Shown here in pieces: positions 1 through 12,518 of a stretch of 64,000 nt of DNA. The notes under the pieces are model-generated. The model did no database searches. It was not told the origin of the DNA and saw only the letters and a list, made by a program, of their open reading frames with translations. Within the stretch, counting starts at the first letter, position 1; every line of letters starts with the position of its first letter. Where the stretch lies: positions 1 to 64,000 of the forward strand of contig JAUCBJ010004127.1 of NCBI GenBank assembly GCA_032718475.1. The letters run 5' to 3'. Origin of the DNA: Nemertoderma westbladi. Taxonomy: Eukaryota > Animalia > Xenacoelomorpha. The translations under genes and the position numbers were made by a program.

Positions 1-19
1 ATTACTAGCTGCTAACTGT

Positions 20-1354
20 TTATTTATGCAGTCTTGATTCTCCTGAATGTTTTCTAATTCTTACTAATTGGGTGATTTCGTCCGCCGCTTTCCTTTCTGC
101 TTCTGCCACTTTTGTCTCTGCCGCTGCCTCTGCCGCTGCCGCCTTTCTTTCTGCTTCTGCAACTACTACTGCTGCTTTCTTTCTGTCTTCTATACGTTTT
201 TTTCTTACTTGTTCTTCCCTTTCTCTAGCGATGCGGAGTTGTTCATCGAATTTAGCTTGGTTCGCCGCTAACCTATCCACATCAATCGCATCTAACACAA
301 GTTTGGCTCCTTCGCTATTAGGGCTAAGTCCCTCTAGCCTTCTCCTCAACTCTTTATCTCCCACAAAACGCTGATAGTCTGACAGATAGATATCAATGGC
401 ATCCTTCTTATGCGGTTTCTCTGCCGTCGCTTCACTTTCCACTTGGGAAAAAGTAGCGTCTGTTGATTCTCCATGGGTTGATCGCTCCTCTAGCTGAGCT
501 TTCCACTGAGCAGTTCCTCGAACCTGGAGATTCACTCTTTGAAACCAAGTCTTTACGGCAACTTGCAACGACGTGTCTTGCCTTCTTTTAGAAGCCTCCT
601 CAAAGGCGGATAAGATTAGCCTAATCCGCAGAACTCTTTCTCTAACTTGATAAAGCAGCGATCCCTGCTCTTGAGGTCCTGGAGGTTGTTGAAAAAGTTG
701 CTTTTCTATTCGCTCCATAGAGCTGAAGAATCCCTGTGCGTATCCGGCTGCGGACCTCTTCCACACAGCTGGATCGATGGTTTCCTTGGCTACTCCCATC
801 CTGTGTATGTCTTCCCAGGCAGCTTCTGATAAATCAAACGGGAGTCCGGGTCCGGGGAAGTTCCATTGCGACTCGACAATAGACTTCAGTTCTTCACTAG
901 TGTAGCCCGCGTAGCTATCTCTAGTTGACCGTTGACTTCTCGCCCAATCGATCTGGTGTTCTTCCACCGCGATCAATAACCCAGTGAGCACGGCTGCAGG
1001 AAGGATGAGAAGGGGATCCGTATAAACCGCATCCGTCATCTCTGCTCCGCTCTCGGGTGTCAGCTCTACAGTATCCTCACTACTGGAGCTGCTGGGCCGC
1101 TGAGGAATAAGTTCTTGACTAGCGGGTTGTTGCTGTTCCGCCGCTTGTTGGTCCCGCTTGACCTGAGCTCGGGTGCCTATGATAGACCTACGATGTTGGA
1201 CCAGCCTAGGTTCTGTTATTACTACTGGAGGGATGACCTTCCTCACAGTGGGAGGTGAACTGGATTTACGACCAGACAGTTGTACGTCTCTATCTGAGTC
1301 GCAGATAGTTACATCTAATAAACTGTCTGACAGGTTCTGCTTAGTATCAGACAT
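20..1354 (-). pseudogene. Family A gag N-terminal extension, frameshifted near position 65
   Basis: MSDTKQNLSDSLL start shared with A2/A3; the homologous ELENIQENQDCINKQL continues in another frame. Confidence 0.8.
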
Positions 1355-2671
1355 GACTATGAATACCGTTGAATGTCTACTGCTGTATTACAGTCTGAGT
1401 AATTCTAGTAACGCAGTATTACCTGCTAGCCTAGTAATTAATTACCGTTACTGCTACTCAGTGTAGCGTGATATATATATAATATATTAGAATACCGGTA
1501 TGCTTATAGTATATATAACTATTATTACAGACTAGGTTTATCACAGAATACCGGTATAATTTTAGCACAAATATATATAAATATATAATAGGCCTATCTG
1601 AATACCGGTATACAGCTTACAGTTTGTAGTATATATAATTCTGGACTAGAATTAATTACAAGTACCGGTATAATTTCAGCCAAAATTTATAGAAATAAAG
1701 ATAATAGGCCTATCGAAAATACCGGTATATCAATTATTTTAAATAATTGAATTTCTGAATTTTAGGGTTACTTGGTTACTTTAACTTACTTTATTACCGT
1801 TATTTGAGCAGTAATCCAACTGATATTGAGGCCTAATGGTTGTATGGTAGGCCTACGATTTATAAATCGTTAGATTTGATTTATAATATATATATACCCG
1901 TTTTAATGGGTTTTGTCAATGTTTGAAATAAATGTTATTATTTCTGGGGAGTAATCACTACACAAAGCGGTGCGCTTTCAGTGAAGTGTTACGTACAGGA
2001 CACTAAAACAAATAATACTAATTTACCTAAGTTACTTAATACTACAAATTACGTACAATTCGGGTTGAGATTACAATCTCTAAATAAACACAAAAATTTT
2101 ACAAAAAACACAAATACGAATTTTTAGGGTAATTTTACAAGAAGTCTACAAACCAGCCTAACAAAGGGTTAGAAATCTGATTATTACAGCGGACAGGGTA
2201 CTACGGTATTTGAAATAATAAGTAGTAGTAAATACACTGCGTTGTCCAGATAGAAAAATACCACCGCCTGACGACCTATAGCCGTATCGCTATAGGTTCT
2301 ACGTTATGTATCACGGAGTGTTCCTACCTAGAAGTTAATAGAGCTAATCGAATGTGCCTATCAACCACTTTACAACACAGATATAATGTCTACAATAATT
2401 ACTTCGGAAAGTACTGTACACTAAACCCTAAATTAGGTACGAGTACTTGTATAACAAATAATCAGTAGTTAAATATACTTGAACAGCTAAAAGAACCACG
2501 GCATCTGCTGGAGTGACCGATGCACAAAATCACCAGTCTTTACCTACGCCGAGCAGCCCGTGTAGTACCGGGGTTAATTTAACTATAGCGGTATGTATAA
2601 CAAACACAATTACTGTAGGAACAAACTTGGGGAATGAATGTTGCGAATAATCGCATAAACTCTGAATAATA

Positions 2672-3250
2672 AATATTACGCTACGCGTACAAACTACTCA
2701 AACAAAATACAGACCGAACACTGACAGACTACTATCAAGCCTAAACAAACTACGGTATATGCAGACTCCGAAATGATTAGGGAGTATGCGCTCTAACCCA
2801 GTAGTGCGACTTATTCTTTAGTTGGGGGTTTACCTTACAGCGTTCGCTGCCCCTACTGCCTAACCGTACTTAATCGGACAGATGATCTACACACGCGGCA
2901 ATCCGTTCAGACCTAATAACAGCCAGACAACTATCCAGCCTACAAATTATCTAAATAAAATTATACGCTACCCGTACAGACTTACACAAACAAAGTACAG
3001 ACTAAACGATGGCAGACTACTCTCAAGCCTAAATAAACTACAGGACATGCAGACTCCGAAATGATTAGGGAGTATGCGCTCTAACCCAGTAGTGCGACTT
3101 ATTCTTTAGTTGGGGGTTTACCTTACCGCATTGGCTGCCCCTACTTCCTAACCGTACTTAATCGGACAAGTGCTCTACACACACTGCAATTCGTTCGGAC
3201 TTAACAGCAATCAGACAACAGCTCAGCCTACAAATTGTCTGTACAATCTG
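2672..3250. repeat. Tandem duplication (~290 bp x2) in family A leader
   Basis: gcagactccgaaatgattagggagtatgcg... occurs at ~2761 and ~3049; same duplication in A2 (~27800-28380); single unit in A3. Confidence 0.85.
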
Positions 3251-3506
3251 ATCAGGTTTACACGCCTTCTGTTCAATACTGGCCTACAAACAAATAAAAC
3301 TGACAGAAATAGGCCTAAGTAAAATCCCAATAAAAACCAGGCGTCCCCGATTAATTATTAAGACCTACCGGCATATATAATCAAATCGAATAATACTGCT
3401 GTACTTATACGGAAGTAGGTACCGGTCCGGATGATCAGGCAGTCAGGCCTACTGGTTACCGGTCGACCGGTACTTTCGACTTTATTGCTTACTGCAATAA
3501 AGAAGC

Positions 3507-3518
3507 TATATCCTTTAA
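3507..3518 (-). promoter_or_regulatory. A1 PBS position: TTAAAGGATATA, non-tRNA, complementary to LTR-internal 4283-4294
   Basis: Directly follows the LTR end ...GCGCGAACA; no TGG; exact 12-nt inverted match. Confidence 0.75.
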
Positions 3519-4760
3519 TGTTCGCGCTTTCAGACCTTTGGCAGTTTAACCCACCAAATTAAGATGTCTTCTAGATATTAAATCTGTTTTTAGTCTATGA
3601 CAAGTATTTGATTCACTACACTAGTCGAAACCAATCCGTGCGCGACCATTCACCCGCTGGATATTCCCGGGAGATTGGGTTCGACGGTTTAATTTTATTG
3701 CTATGTAAGCCTAATGTATTATTCGACTGACAGTACTATATAATCTCTGACAATATTATTCACCTTCGGTAATATTAACAGTTCCTTTAGGACGTGGCGC
3801 TTTATCTATATAAACAGAGTTATGACTTAAACTACTCACAACGATATGGCTTAATTATAATTCACATATATGGCGCATTCTTTAGGAATTGCTTCTTTAA
3901 CAGACTCACTCATACACAATGCTGCACAATACTGCACACTAATCTGCCAATCTTCACTGATTTTAGTCACATATAAAAGGAACACAGGCTGACTCATGTA
4001 GGGTCTATCAAATAACATTAGATTCACTTCAAACCACTTCAACATAAGTCACAATCGTTATTGGTAACCTTTCTCTCTTACCTTCGGTATATCAAGAATA
4101 TTGGGTTTCGGGGTTATTTATCGTTATTCCAAATATAATAATTCATCAACCATATTATGAAGAACTGACAGTAAATAGCAGTATAAAACAACAACTGAAC
4201 ACTGATTGTTACGAGTTTGCAATGTTTCAGCAGTCAGTATGTATGATCAGTTAGCAGTAGTCGTTAGGTGCGGTCAGGTCAGTTAAAGGATATATGCCCT
4301 TTATAATTAAACCTACTAGTGTAAGACTAAAAACAGTAAAGCACAAAATACTTCCAAGCCGTTCTTTCTTAGGCTCAGGACTGAATGTAAACACTGCACA
4401 TAGGCATTGCGTCATTTCTCGGAAATTTTCTGTACAAGGAGCCACAAAAACGCTCTGATTGGCTGACTGAACTGAGAGACGCCGTAGAACAAAGGAAATC
4501 AACACGTATGAATGTCAGCTGTTAACCGTAGTCATAGTAACTACTGTTCAAGAGTAGCTATCACCCTTTTGCGTCACGAATTGCCATAGAATCATAAAAT
4601 ATGCCTTTCACAGTACACATACGGAGGAAATAGGTCTTAGATCCTCTAAAAACACCGATACAGCAATAATACGGTCTCTTACACTTATTAAATCAACTAC
4701 AGAGTATTTTAATGTAAAAGATAATAAAAATAACGGGGCAATTCAGCAAAGGCTTTTACA
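3519..4760 (-). repeat. A1 5' LTR (divergent subfamily, ~1240 bp)
   Basis: TG...CA termini (sense TGTAAAAGCC...GCGCGAACA); homologous to 31288-32475; CCAAT box at ~4455-4462. Confidence 0.85.
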
Positions 4761-5140
4761 ACCTCCATTGGTGAAGCAGAACATCGCGAGTGTCTCCCTT
4801 TCCCTTTCCAACCAATGGTGCCCCTTAGGCCCTCTTCATCATGTTATGCGGGTCAGAGCTGAGGTCGTGTAATTTCACTGCCAAATCTGGGACTCGCGGA
4901 TCAGGTGTGAGTGGCTGCGTCACATAGACGGGAACCGGAATCTGAAGCTTCTGCGCATATTCTGATGTTGCTCTTGGTGAGAGGAGTGTTGTCATTGGGG
5001 ACCAGCATTTGGCTTATGGAATCTAATTCTAAAGAGGAGTGGTTCCAGTCCGGAAGGTGCTGTTTTGTGGGTCATTTTTTGATGAAAAATGGATTGGAAT
5101 GGGTGTCTGTGGTAGTGACGATAACGAGCGTGATAGAAGG
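4761..5140 (-). pseudogene. Degenerate CRE-like non-LTR retrotransposon ORF fragment, split from 35697-35860 by element B
   Basis: Rejoining at the GAAGG TSD links a Cys-rich N-terminus (CCCGCCVSGKCGCIKAQQPCVSCL) to MMKRA*GAPLVG; resembles N-termini of invertebrate CRE-like elements (from memory, no search run). Confidence 0.35.
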
Positions 5141-5732
5141 TGTGACGGGATCCGAGAATCCCGATTTATCCGGTGTCTTATCTACGCATCCCCGCAGTGT
5201 GTGTGTGTGAAAAGAGTTCTGGGGTTGTTGACTGATCGGTATGTATTAACATATAGCGTATAATATAGTTGAATGAAGTATAGCACAGTTGATTGATTAA
5301 ACAGTTGATTAAATCTACCAGTAAATAACTGAATGATGGTGGTGGCAGTAGACGGAGACGGTGATAAGAGTTCCGGTACTGCCCTAACTAACTGACTTAC
5401 TGAAGTGAATGAAATGACACAATAACTGGTAATATATTGCACTAGTTGGCCATATTACATTACTCAGTGGATGCCTTCCGCCCATTGGCTAATAACTCAC
5501 TTCTCGCCCTCCCATCTCTCTGGGAGTGTTTCCCCCTGCTACTGTCACTCTCTCCCTCCCGGAGGTGTAACCTCTGACCCCCGCTGTGTGTGTGTCCCTT
5601 TGGGGTTTGGCGCCCCGTTTATTGGGGTGATACGAGGTTGATTGGCAATCAACCTCGTACTCCCAATATTGCTTAAAGCTCTTGCTTGGCCAACTTTGTG
5701 TGGGATGGTTAGCGGAATTGAATACGCTAACA
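5141..5732 (-). repeat. Family B 3' LTR (592 bp)
   Basis: About 97% identical by eye to 35107-35696. Confidence 0.95.
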
Positions 5733-5741
5733 CTCCCCCCC
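5733..5741 (-). promoter_or_regulatory. Family B polypurine tract GGGGGGGAG
   Basis: Purine run abutting the 3' LTR. Confidence 0.85.
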
Positions 5742-6729
5742 ATGCTATCTTCCCGGTGAGAAGATAGCATCCACCTTTAGTGCGCTACAATTCCGCTGGA
5801 TCCCGATCTACCATCGGGTGTGGGGTGGAGTTATTTTTCTTCGGAGCCGGCTTTCCAGGCCGCTCCCTATTGGTATGATATCGCTACCCCGTCTTGGTGC
5901 AACTTTATCTATCTTGCACCAAGACATCTGGCGTCCCGTGTCGGGCCGATCGTGCGCTTCTCTCACATAATTTTTGTTTCCCCAACACTCTCACCACTCT
6001 AACTCTGCTCTATCCCTTACTCCTACTTCTCAACCGCTCCAACTCTTACTCCTCCCCCCCACACTCGAATTGCACTCCTCTCACTGTCCCTCATCCTGTC
6101 AAAAAAACCTCCTCTCCGTTCTCGCTTTCATCCCTTACACACTTATCGGGCCCCACACATGTGCGCACATGTTACTGGGAGCCGTCTAAGTCCCGTCCTG
6201 TCGCCCTAGTCAATTAATCCCCAGTCCCAGTAGCTAATTGGAAAAGGTTATGCTTGACTACGGTACGTACTATATAATATATATATGTGAGTTACTTATA
6301 TGATTATTATAAGGCTATTATTATCATATATTATATTATATGCTCGTCTACATAACGCGCCTCATTCTCTCTCGGCCTTTCTCGCCTGGCGACTTCTTCC
6401 AGTCGTTTCTCCCCAAATCTATCCATTTCCAACTTCTCCCACGTGATATGTGTGTCCACCTCCCTGTCTACTAGATGCCGGCTGTTGTATTACGTCGACT
6501 CGCCCTCCAGCCCCGGGTGGTCTACCAGACCTTCGAAGGCCACCTAGAAGGCCCTTCTGTAGTTCGGAGGTGATCCTGATATTATTAACTTTTATTTTAA
6601 TTTTTTCTTATCTCTATTTTGTGCTATTACCCTACCTACCTTTCTGGCTACTACTTCTATGGTATATTGTGCTCTCTAGTCTCTTACTATATACTATATC
6701 TTATACATATCCTCCTATCACTAATTCTT

Positions 6730-7125
6730 GCTACTAACGGTACTCTACGTACCCTCTTACTAACTAGTTCTACAACTAACTACTACTCTTACTAACCGGT
6801 ACTACGTACCCTCTTACTAACTTCCAACTCCACTAACTCTTACTAACCGGTACTACGTACCCTCTTACTCACTTCTAACTCCACCAACTCTTACTAACCG
6901 GTACTACGTACCCTCTTACTAACTTCTAACTCCACCAACTCTTACTAACCGGTACTACGTACCCTCTTACTAACTTCTAACTCCACCAACTCTTACTAAC
7001 CGGTACTACGTACCCTCTTACTAACTAACTAACTATCTAACTAATGGTACTACGTACCTTCTTACTGCTTAACTAACTATCTAACTAATGGTATTACGTA
7101 CCCTCTTACTACTAACTAACTAACT
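6730..7125. repeat. 51-bp minisatellite in B 3' UTR
   Basis: tactaaccggtactacgtaccctcttactaacttctaactccaccaactct repeated with 51-bp period and degenerate flanking units. Confidence 0.9.
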
Positions 7126-7270
7126 TCTATCTGCCTATTTACTGCGTACCTATTATGTACTATTACTTTATATTATTTTTATTTTATTTTTTGTTTTATG
7201 TGTGGGAAGGGCGTCTCGCCCTCAATCCCACCCCCTCAGTCCAATATTTGGACGACTAAACTCTACTCGA

Positions 7271-10200
7271 CTAAGGTGCCCCCTCTAGTAGGCAGCACTT
7301 CCCTACAGCCCTCCTGTAGGTCTTCCTATCTTTCGCTCCTATCTTACCACCTATCCGCACTTCTACCGATCGGACTCTTCCATCCTCATCGGAGTAAGTG
7401 CCCACAACTCTTGCCAATCGCCATTGATTGTTGATGATGGTATCGTCCGTGACGATCACCAGATCACCCTCCTTTAACTCCCTGTTTGTATTTCTCCACT
7501 TGCTTCTCCTATGAAGCGTGGGTAGATATTCCTCGACCCACCTCCTCCAGTACTCCGCGCTTATCGCCTTAGCGACATTCCAACTCTGTCGGGAGTGTAT
7601 ATCGTCTGGGTCTACACCCCGCATGTCGATGGTCGCTGGCCTTTCCATTGGAAAGTGACTGGGCGTCAGCACATCTAATGACTCTGGATCATCATTTTCT
7701 GGATATAGCGGTCTGCTATTAATGATACCCTCACACTTTGCTAGTACCGTCCTCAGTACGTCTTCTGTTACCATGTGGGTGTTCATCAACTTCGTCATCA
7801 GACGCTTTGAACTGCCCACGAGTCTCTCGACGCATCCTAGAGTATGCGGAGCATACGGCGTCCTCCTCTCCTACTTCACCTGTCATCTTCTCATGGCTGC
7901 CCTGACTTCCTCCCCTTCCAGGATATCCAAGGCCTCTGTCATCTCGTTCTCTGCCCCCACAAAGTTGGTTCCACTGTCGGAGTATATTACTGCGATCGTC
8001 CCACCTTTGCGGTCTCTGAACCTTTCTAGGGCATTAATGACTGCCGATGCGGTTCTATCTTGGGCGAGTTCTATCCCTACCGCCCGCGTGTTGTTACATA
8101 CGAAGATAATACTGTAGCGTTTCTCCATGTGTCGCATCACCTTAATCTTTATCGGCCCGAACATGTCCACACCGCAGTGCGTGAATGGCGGGTCGTGCTG
8201 TCTCACCCTACTGGCCGGTAGTGGTGCCATCTGCTGTATGGCTCGTTCCTTCTTCATTCGTCGGCAGGTCTGGCACTGCCCCACCACCGCCTTTACCTTC
8301 TTCCTCAACTGTTTGACCCAAAAGGTCCTTCGTATCTCCGTGAGGGTCCGGTTGGTGCCCCCGTGCAATATCGACTTGTGGGAGTCCCAGATAATCTGGT
8401 GGACCATCGGCGATCCATTAGGGATGATGATGGGCTTTGGCGGAATGATAATACTGTTGTTGTTCAACACCCTAGAGTTCATTACTAAGATCCCGTCATC
8501 ATTGAGTTGTGGCGACAGCACGATCAGCTCACTGTCCCGTCGGAGATGCTGTTGTTTACCGACGCGTTCCACCTCGTCGCCGTAATTCTTTCTCTGTTTG
8601 TAGCGGATGACAGCCTTGGCCGCTCCCTCCAGATCGATGGTTGTTCTAATTTTTACGTCTTTGCCGACTCCCTTGAGGAAATCCCCGAAGGCTCTCCAGT
8701 ACGCCACTAACTTCTTGGTCTTGTACCAACTAGAGCTGTAGCTAAGGAGTTTGTCCGTCGGGTTATCGCACAGTTCTTCCGGTTTTGGTTGCACGTCCCT
8801 TATCTCCCTCACCATTTGGCTATATATCTCTTCACCCTCTGAATCTCCCTCCTCTTCTTCTAATGCTACTGTCCCTGAGCCTGGGTCCACCTTTCTCATC
8901 GGCGGCCAGGCTGTCTTATCGTTCAGAAACTGCAGCCCGTGTTGCCACAATACTTCCTTCTTCAAGAAAGTGTGGCGTGCCACGCCCCTCGATAACAAGT
9001 CCGCTGGGTTCTCGTCCGTTGGGCAGTAGTGCCACCTTTCTAACTCTGTGGTCGCCCTTATTTCGTCCATCCTATTTGCGACGAATATAGGGTATCTCGT
9101 CCTTTCGTTATGTAGCCAACCAAGCACTACCATGGAATCCGTCCAGTAGTGTGTCTCCACTATGTTGGGAATAACGTCCATTAAGTAGGTTGTGGCCCTA
9201 ACTCCTAGCCTCGCAGCTGTTAACTCGAGCTTCGGAACCGATGCTGAATCTGGTGGCGTCGACTTCGCCTTGCTGAATGCGAGTCTGGGCTTGTGAGCCC
9301 CCTCTCGTTGTACTATGTAGAGTGCCGCTCCGTATGCCTCTAATGATGCATCGGAGAACATGTGTAGATCCAGATTCGTCATGTCCCCATCCGGGAAATA
9401 CACGTGTGGCATGCTGTATGTTCCTATCTGTTCTAAACTCTCTGTCCACTTGCACCACTGCTTGCTGATCTCTCCCGGTACCTCTGTGTCCCACTCCTCC
9501 TTTAGTTTGTATACTTTCTTAAGTATCTGTTTCCCCGTGACTAACAATGGGGATGCTAGGCCTAGGGGATCGTATATCCTTGCTATGTACGACACATAGC
9601 CCCTCTTTGTGTGGATGTCTGCGCCTTCCTGGCTCAATTGGTACTTTAGTTCGTCTGTCTCTCTGTTCCACACGATCCCTAGTTCCTTCTGTTGGGACTC
9701 TATCCTCTTGTTCGCCATGTCCTGTCCCTTGGCTGTCGTGGGATTATCCATAGTCGATTCTGGCCTCCTGTCCTCTATGGCCTTGATAAATTCTCCGAAC
9801 TGGATTGGAACTTGGTTAGGTTAAAGCCGGATCCTTTAAGGATATCGCGAACCTCGCGCCCTGTGTCCAGTAGTTCCTTAACCGTGTTTCCAGACTCCAT
9901 TCCGCCATCCACATAGAAGCCGCGTCGAATCATATCGACGGCTTTGGCGCTTTATTTATCTTCCTTCCCTTCTACCGTGTCTCTTACGGCCATAGTCGTT
10001 GTAAACGAAGACGACTTGGCTCCCATATTCTGTATTACCATCTTGTACATCGGTATTGTCAACGGTTCCTCGTCGCCGTTGTACCATAAGAAGCGTTGAT
10101 TGTCGCTATCCTCTTCCGTTACACGGACTTGGTTGAACATGCCTTCGATGTCGCAGGTGAAGGCGTGCTTCCCGTTCCTGAATCTAAGTAGGACCTCGAT

Positions 10201-12518
10201 CCCTGAGTTATAGATATTGGGACCCTCCAGCAGATAATCAATTAGGCATTTGCCGTTGGTCTTCGCCGATGCGTCAACTACCATCCGCAGTTTACCTTTC
10301 TTCGTGTCTAGAGTCACATGGAGTGGCAGGTAATAGGTCCTGTCCGTGTTCAGTTCGTCGACCGGTAACTCTACGGCCCATCCTTTCTCGACATACTTCC
10401 TAATTGTCTTATGAATGTACTCATTCTTTTTGGGGCTCCGTTTTAGTGTTTGCTTCAACTTGCGAAGCTTCGTGAGTACCATTCTTTTGTTGTCGGGTAA
10501 CGGTAGCTTCTGTAGTTTCCATACCATCCCTATGGTATACCGCCCCTCGTCACATCTCATCGACTCCTTTACGCTTTGTAAAGCCTGCTTGTCTTCTACC
10601 GAGGTTCCGACCCCGGTCTCTTTCAATCCCTCAAAATCTTGCCTGAGCAGTCTCCTGAGCTGCTCCTCCGCTCTCTCATCTCCCATCTCTCGCATAGTTC
10701 CCGCGAACATGCACCCTGATGTCTCCGACATCCTAAATGGTATCCTGGTCTTAATTGGGCCGCTCAGCGTCCACCCGAATGGTATTAAAATCGCCACCGG
10801 GTCACACTGCCTGTCTTCGCCGAAGACCGTTTGGATTCTCTCGTGGGCCGTCAGGCAGTCCATTCCTACTATAATGGATACCTTCCTAACGTCCACCTCT
10901 GGGATTGAGAAGTCGGTATTGTCCAGGAATTTATACTGTTCGACCTCGATGTTGGTTGGTCGCCTGGCATTGATATTTATCGACTCTATCACCTGGGTGG
11001 GGTCGATGGTCGCCCCATAGTCGCATCCTGGTGCTATCGCTGCTATCGCGCACCGTCCGGTCCTCATCTCCAGGACCTTATCTTTGCTGGAGATGGTTGT
11101 TACCGCTATTCTACTTGGCCTCGTTCTCAATCCTATCTCTTCGGCCACCCAATTCTCGACTAATGTGAAGGCTGCTCCACTGTCGACCAGCATCAGTGTG
11201 GTTACTGATCGATTGCCTTCCCCGATTATCCTTACTGGTACTACCCTGAGTAGTACCGTTCCTCTTTTCTTCGCCCCTACGGTGCTTGTCGCCATCGTCT
11301 GCCCTTTACTTTGACCGAATTTAATTGGCGTTTCTTCGCATTGGTCGGCTCTATGTCCACCCGTCACACACCGAGAACAAACTTCGTTTCTCCTCGCGTA
11401 TTCTACCTGATCTTCCCTGGGTAGCGCTTGCCAGTACCTGCAGTTCATGGTCTGATGAAGTGCATTTGTATGCAATTGGCATTTGCTCTTTGGGTTGTAG
11501 ACGTCCTTATACAGTGCGCTGCATATCGCACTTACATTTGTACCAAAGTCCCTACTATTCTTATTGTTTGGGTTCGGCCTACTGGGCATGTTGGGGTTTT
11601 GTTTATTTGTGTTGTTATTTTTTCCTGCCCGCTCCTTGATGTGGTCTTACCCCCGGCTACTTGTGGACTAGCAGTCCCCTGCGTCGCCGCGTACGGCAGT
11701 GACTGTCTGAGCTTTGGCAATGCGTTCGACGTGTTGTGTTCTGGTTTCGGCCTGTGGTAATCGGTCTTTGGTCCCTTTCCCAGGCTATCCTCGCTATAGA
11801 CTGGGTCCGTTATTAGTTCAGCTTCATAGTTTAAGAAGCTCGACATTTCTTCTAAACCCGGTTCCGCACCCTTCCTGTCTCGAGTGGAGAAAGCAATCTT
11901 CCTCCACTTGTTGCGCAGCCACATCGGTAGTGCCTGCGCTATCGTGGTGATGTTAATAGACGCGTTGAGTTCGTATGGTGCGTCCAGCATCTTTAACACG
12001 ATTAGCGCTTTCTCGACTTTGTTCGCAAATGTCTTTATGCTAACGGGGTTATCCTGTAGGCCACCCGATGTTATACCTCTCAGGGTTTGCCGGATGATCT
12101 TGGCTGGGAGCCCGTATTCCCTGTCTAGCGCCAGCCAAGCTGCCGTGAAGCCGCCCTCGATGCCCTGATACTGCCTCACGATGTCGTATGCTGGGCCTCC
12201 TGTATACACTTGCAGATATTTTAGGCACTCCGCCTGCGTCAGGTTCTTCATCAATATTTCATTGCTGTACATGCGCCGAAACTGCAGGTATTCTTCCGGC
12301 CTACTTCCATCGAATTTAAATGGCTCTACAGGTGGCAGTTCGATCCTGGTCTTTAAGGCATTGATTAATGTAGCCATTCCCATCGCCTGTGCCTCCAATG
12401 GGTTCGATGGATGCTGTACAGATTCTGCCGTTGGGTGCGGTCCGTTCGTCCTATCTGCTGCCCTTCTCTGTGTTGGGTATGTCATAGGGGGTAGCGGCCC
12501 CCTCCATATCTCGGTGTC
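7271..12518 (-). pseudogene. Family B gag(capsid)-PR-RT-RNaseH-IN, multiply frameshifted
   Basis: PFKFDG capsid-like motif, CSRCVTGGH knuckle, LVDSGA protease, DIEGMFNQV and degenerate YVDG (RT), HMFSDAS, HHCC plus GVDMFGP and SDSGTNF (integrase), DGRVRSVEV C-terminus. Confidence 0.93.

Larger units (their letters stand above)
1..4760 (-). mobile_element. BEL/Pao LTR retrotransposon family A, copy A1 (5' LTR, ~2.1-kb leader, gag start; runs off window)
   Basis: ORF 20-1354 is homologous to the N-terminus of the 22511-26455 polyprotein; leader is homologous to 26456-31287; LTR homologous to the A2 LTRs. Confidence 0.9.

Noticed and set aside
2268-2303. Hammerhead core CTGACGA plus hairpin
   Set aside because: No GAAA after the stem, and it is antisense to the element
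6730-7125. Multiple TACTAAC branch-point motifs
   Set aside because: Explained by the minisatellite unit and antisense to element B
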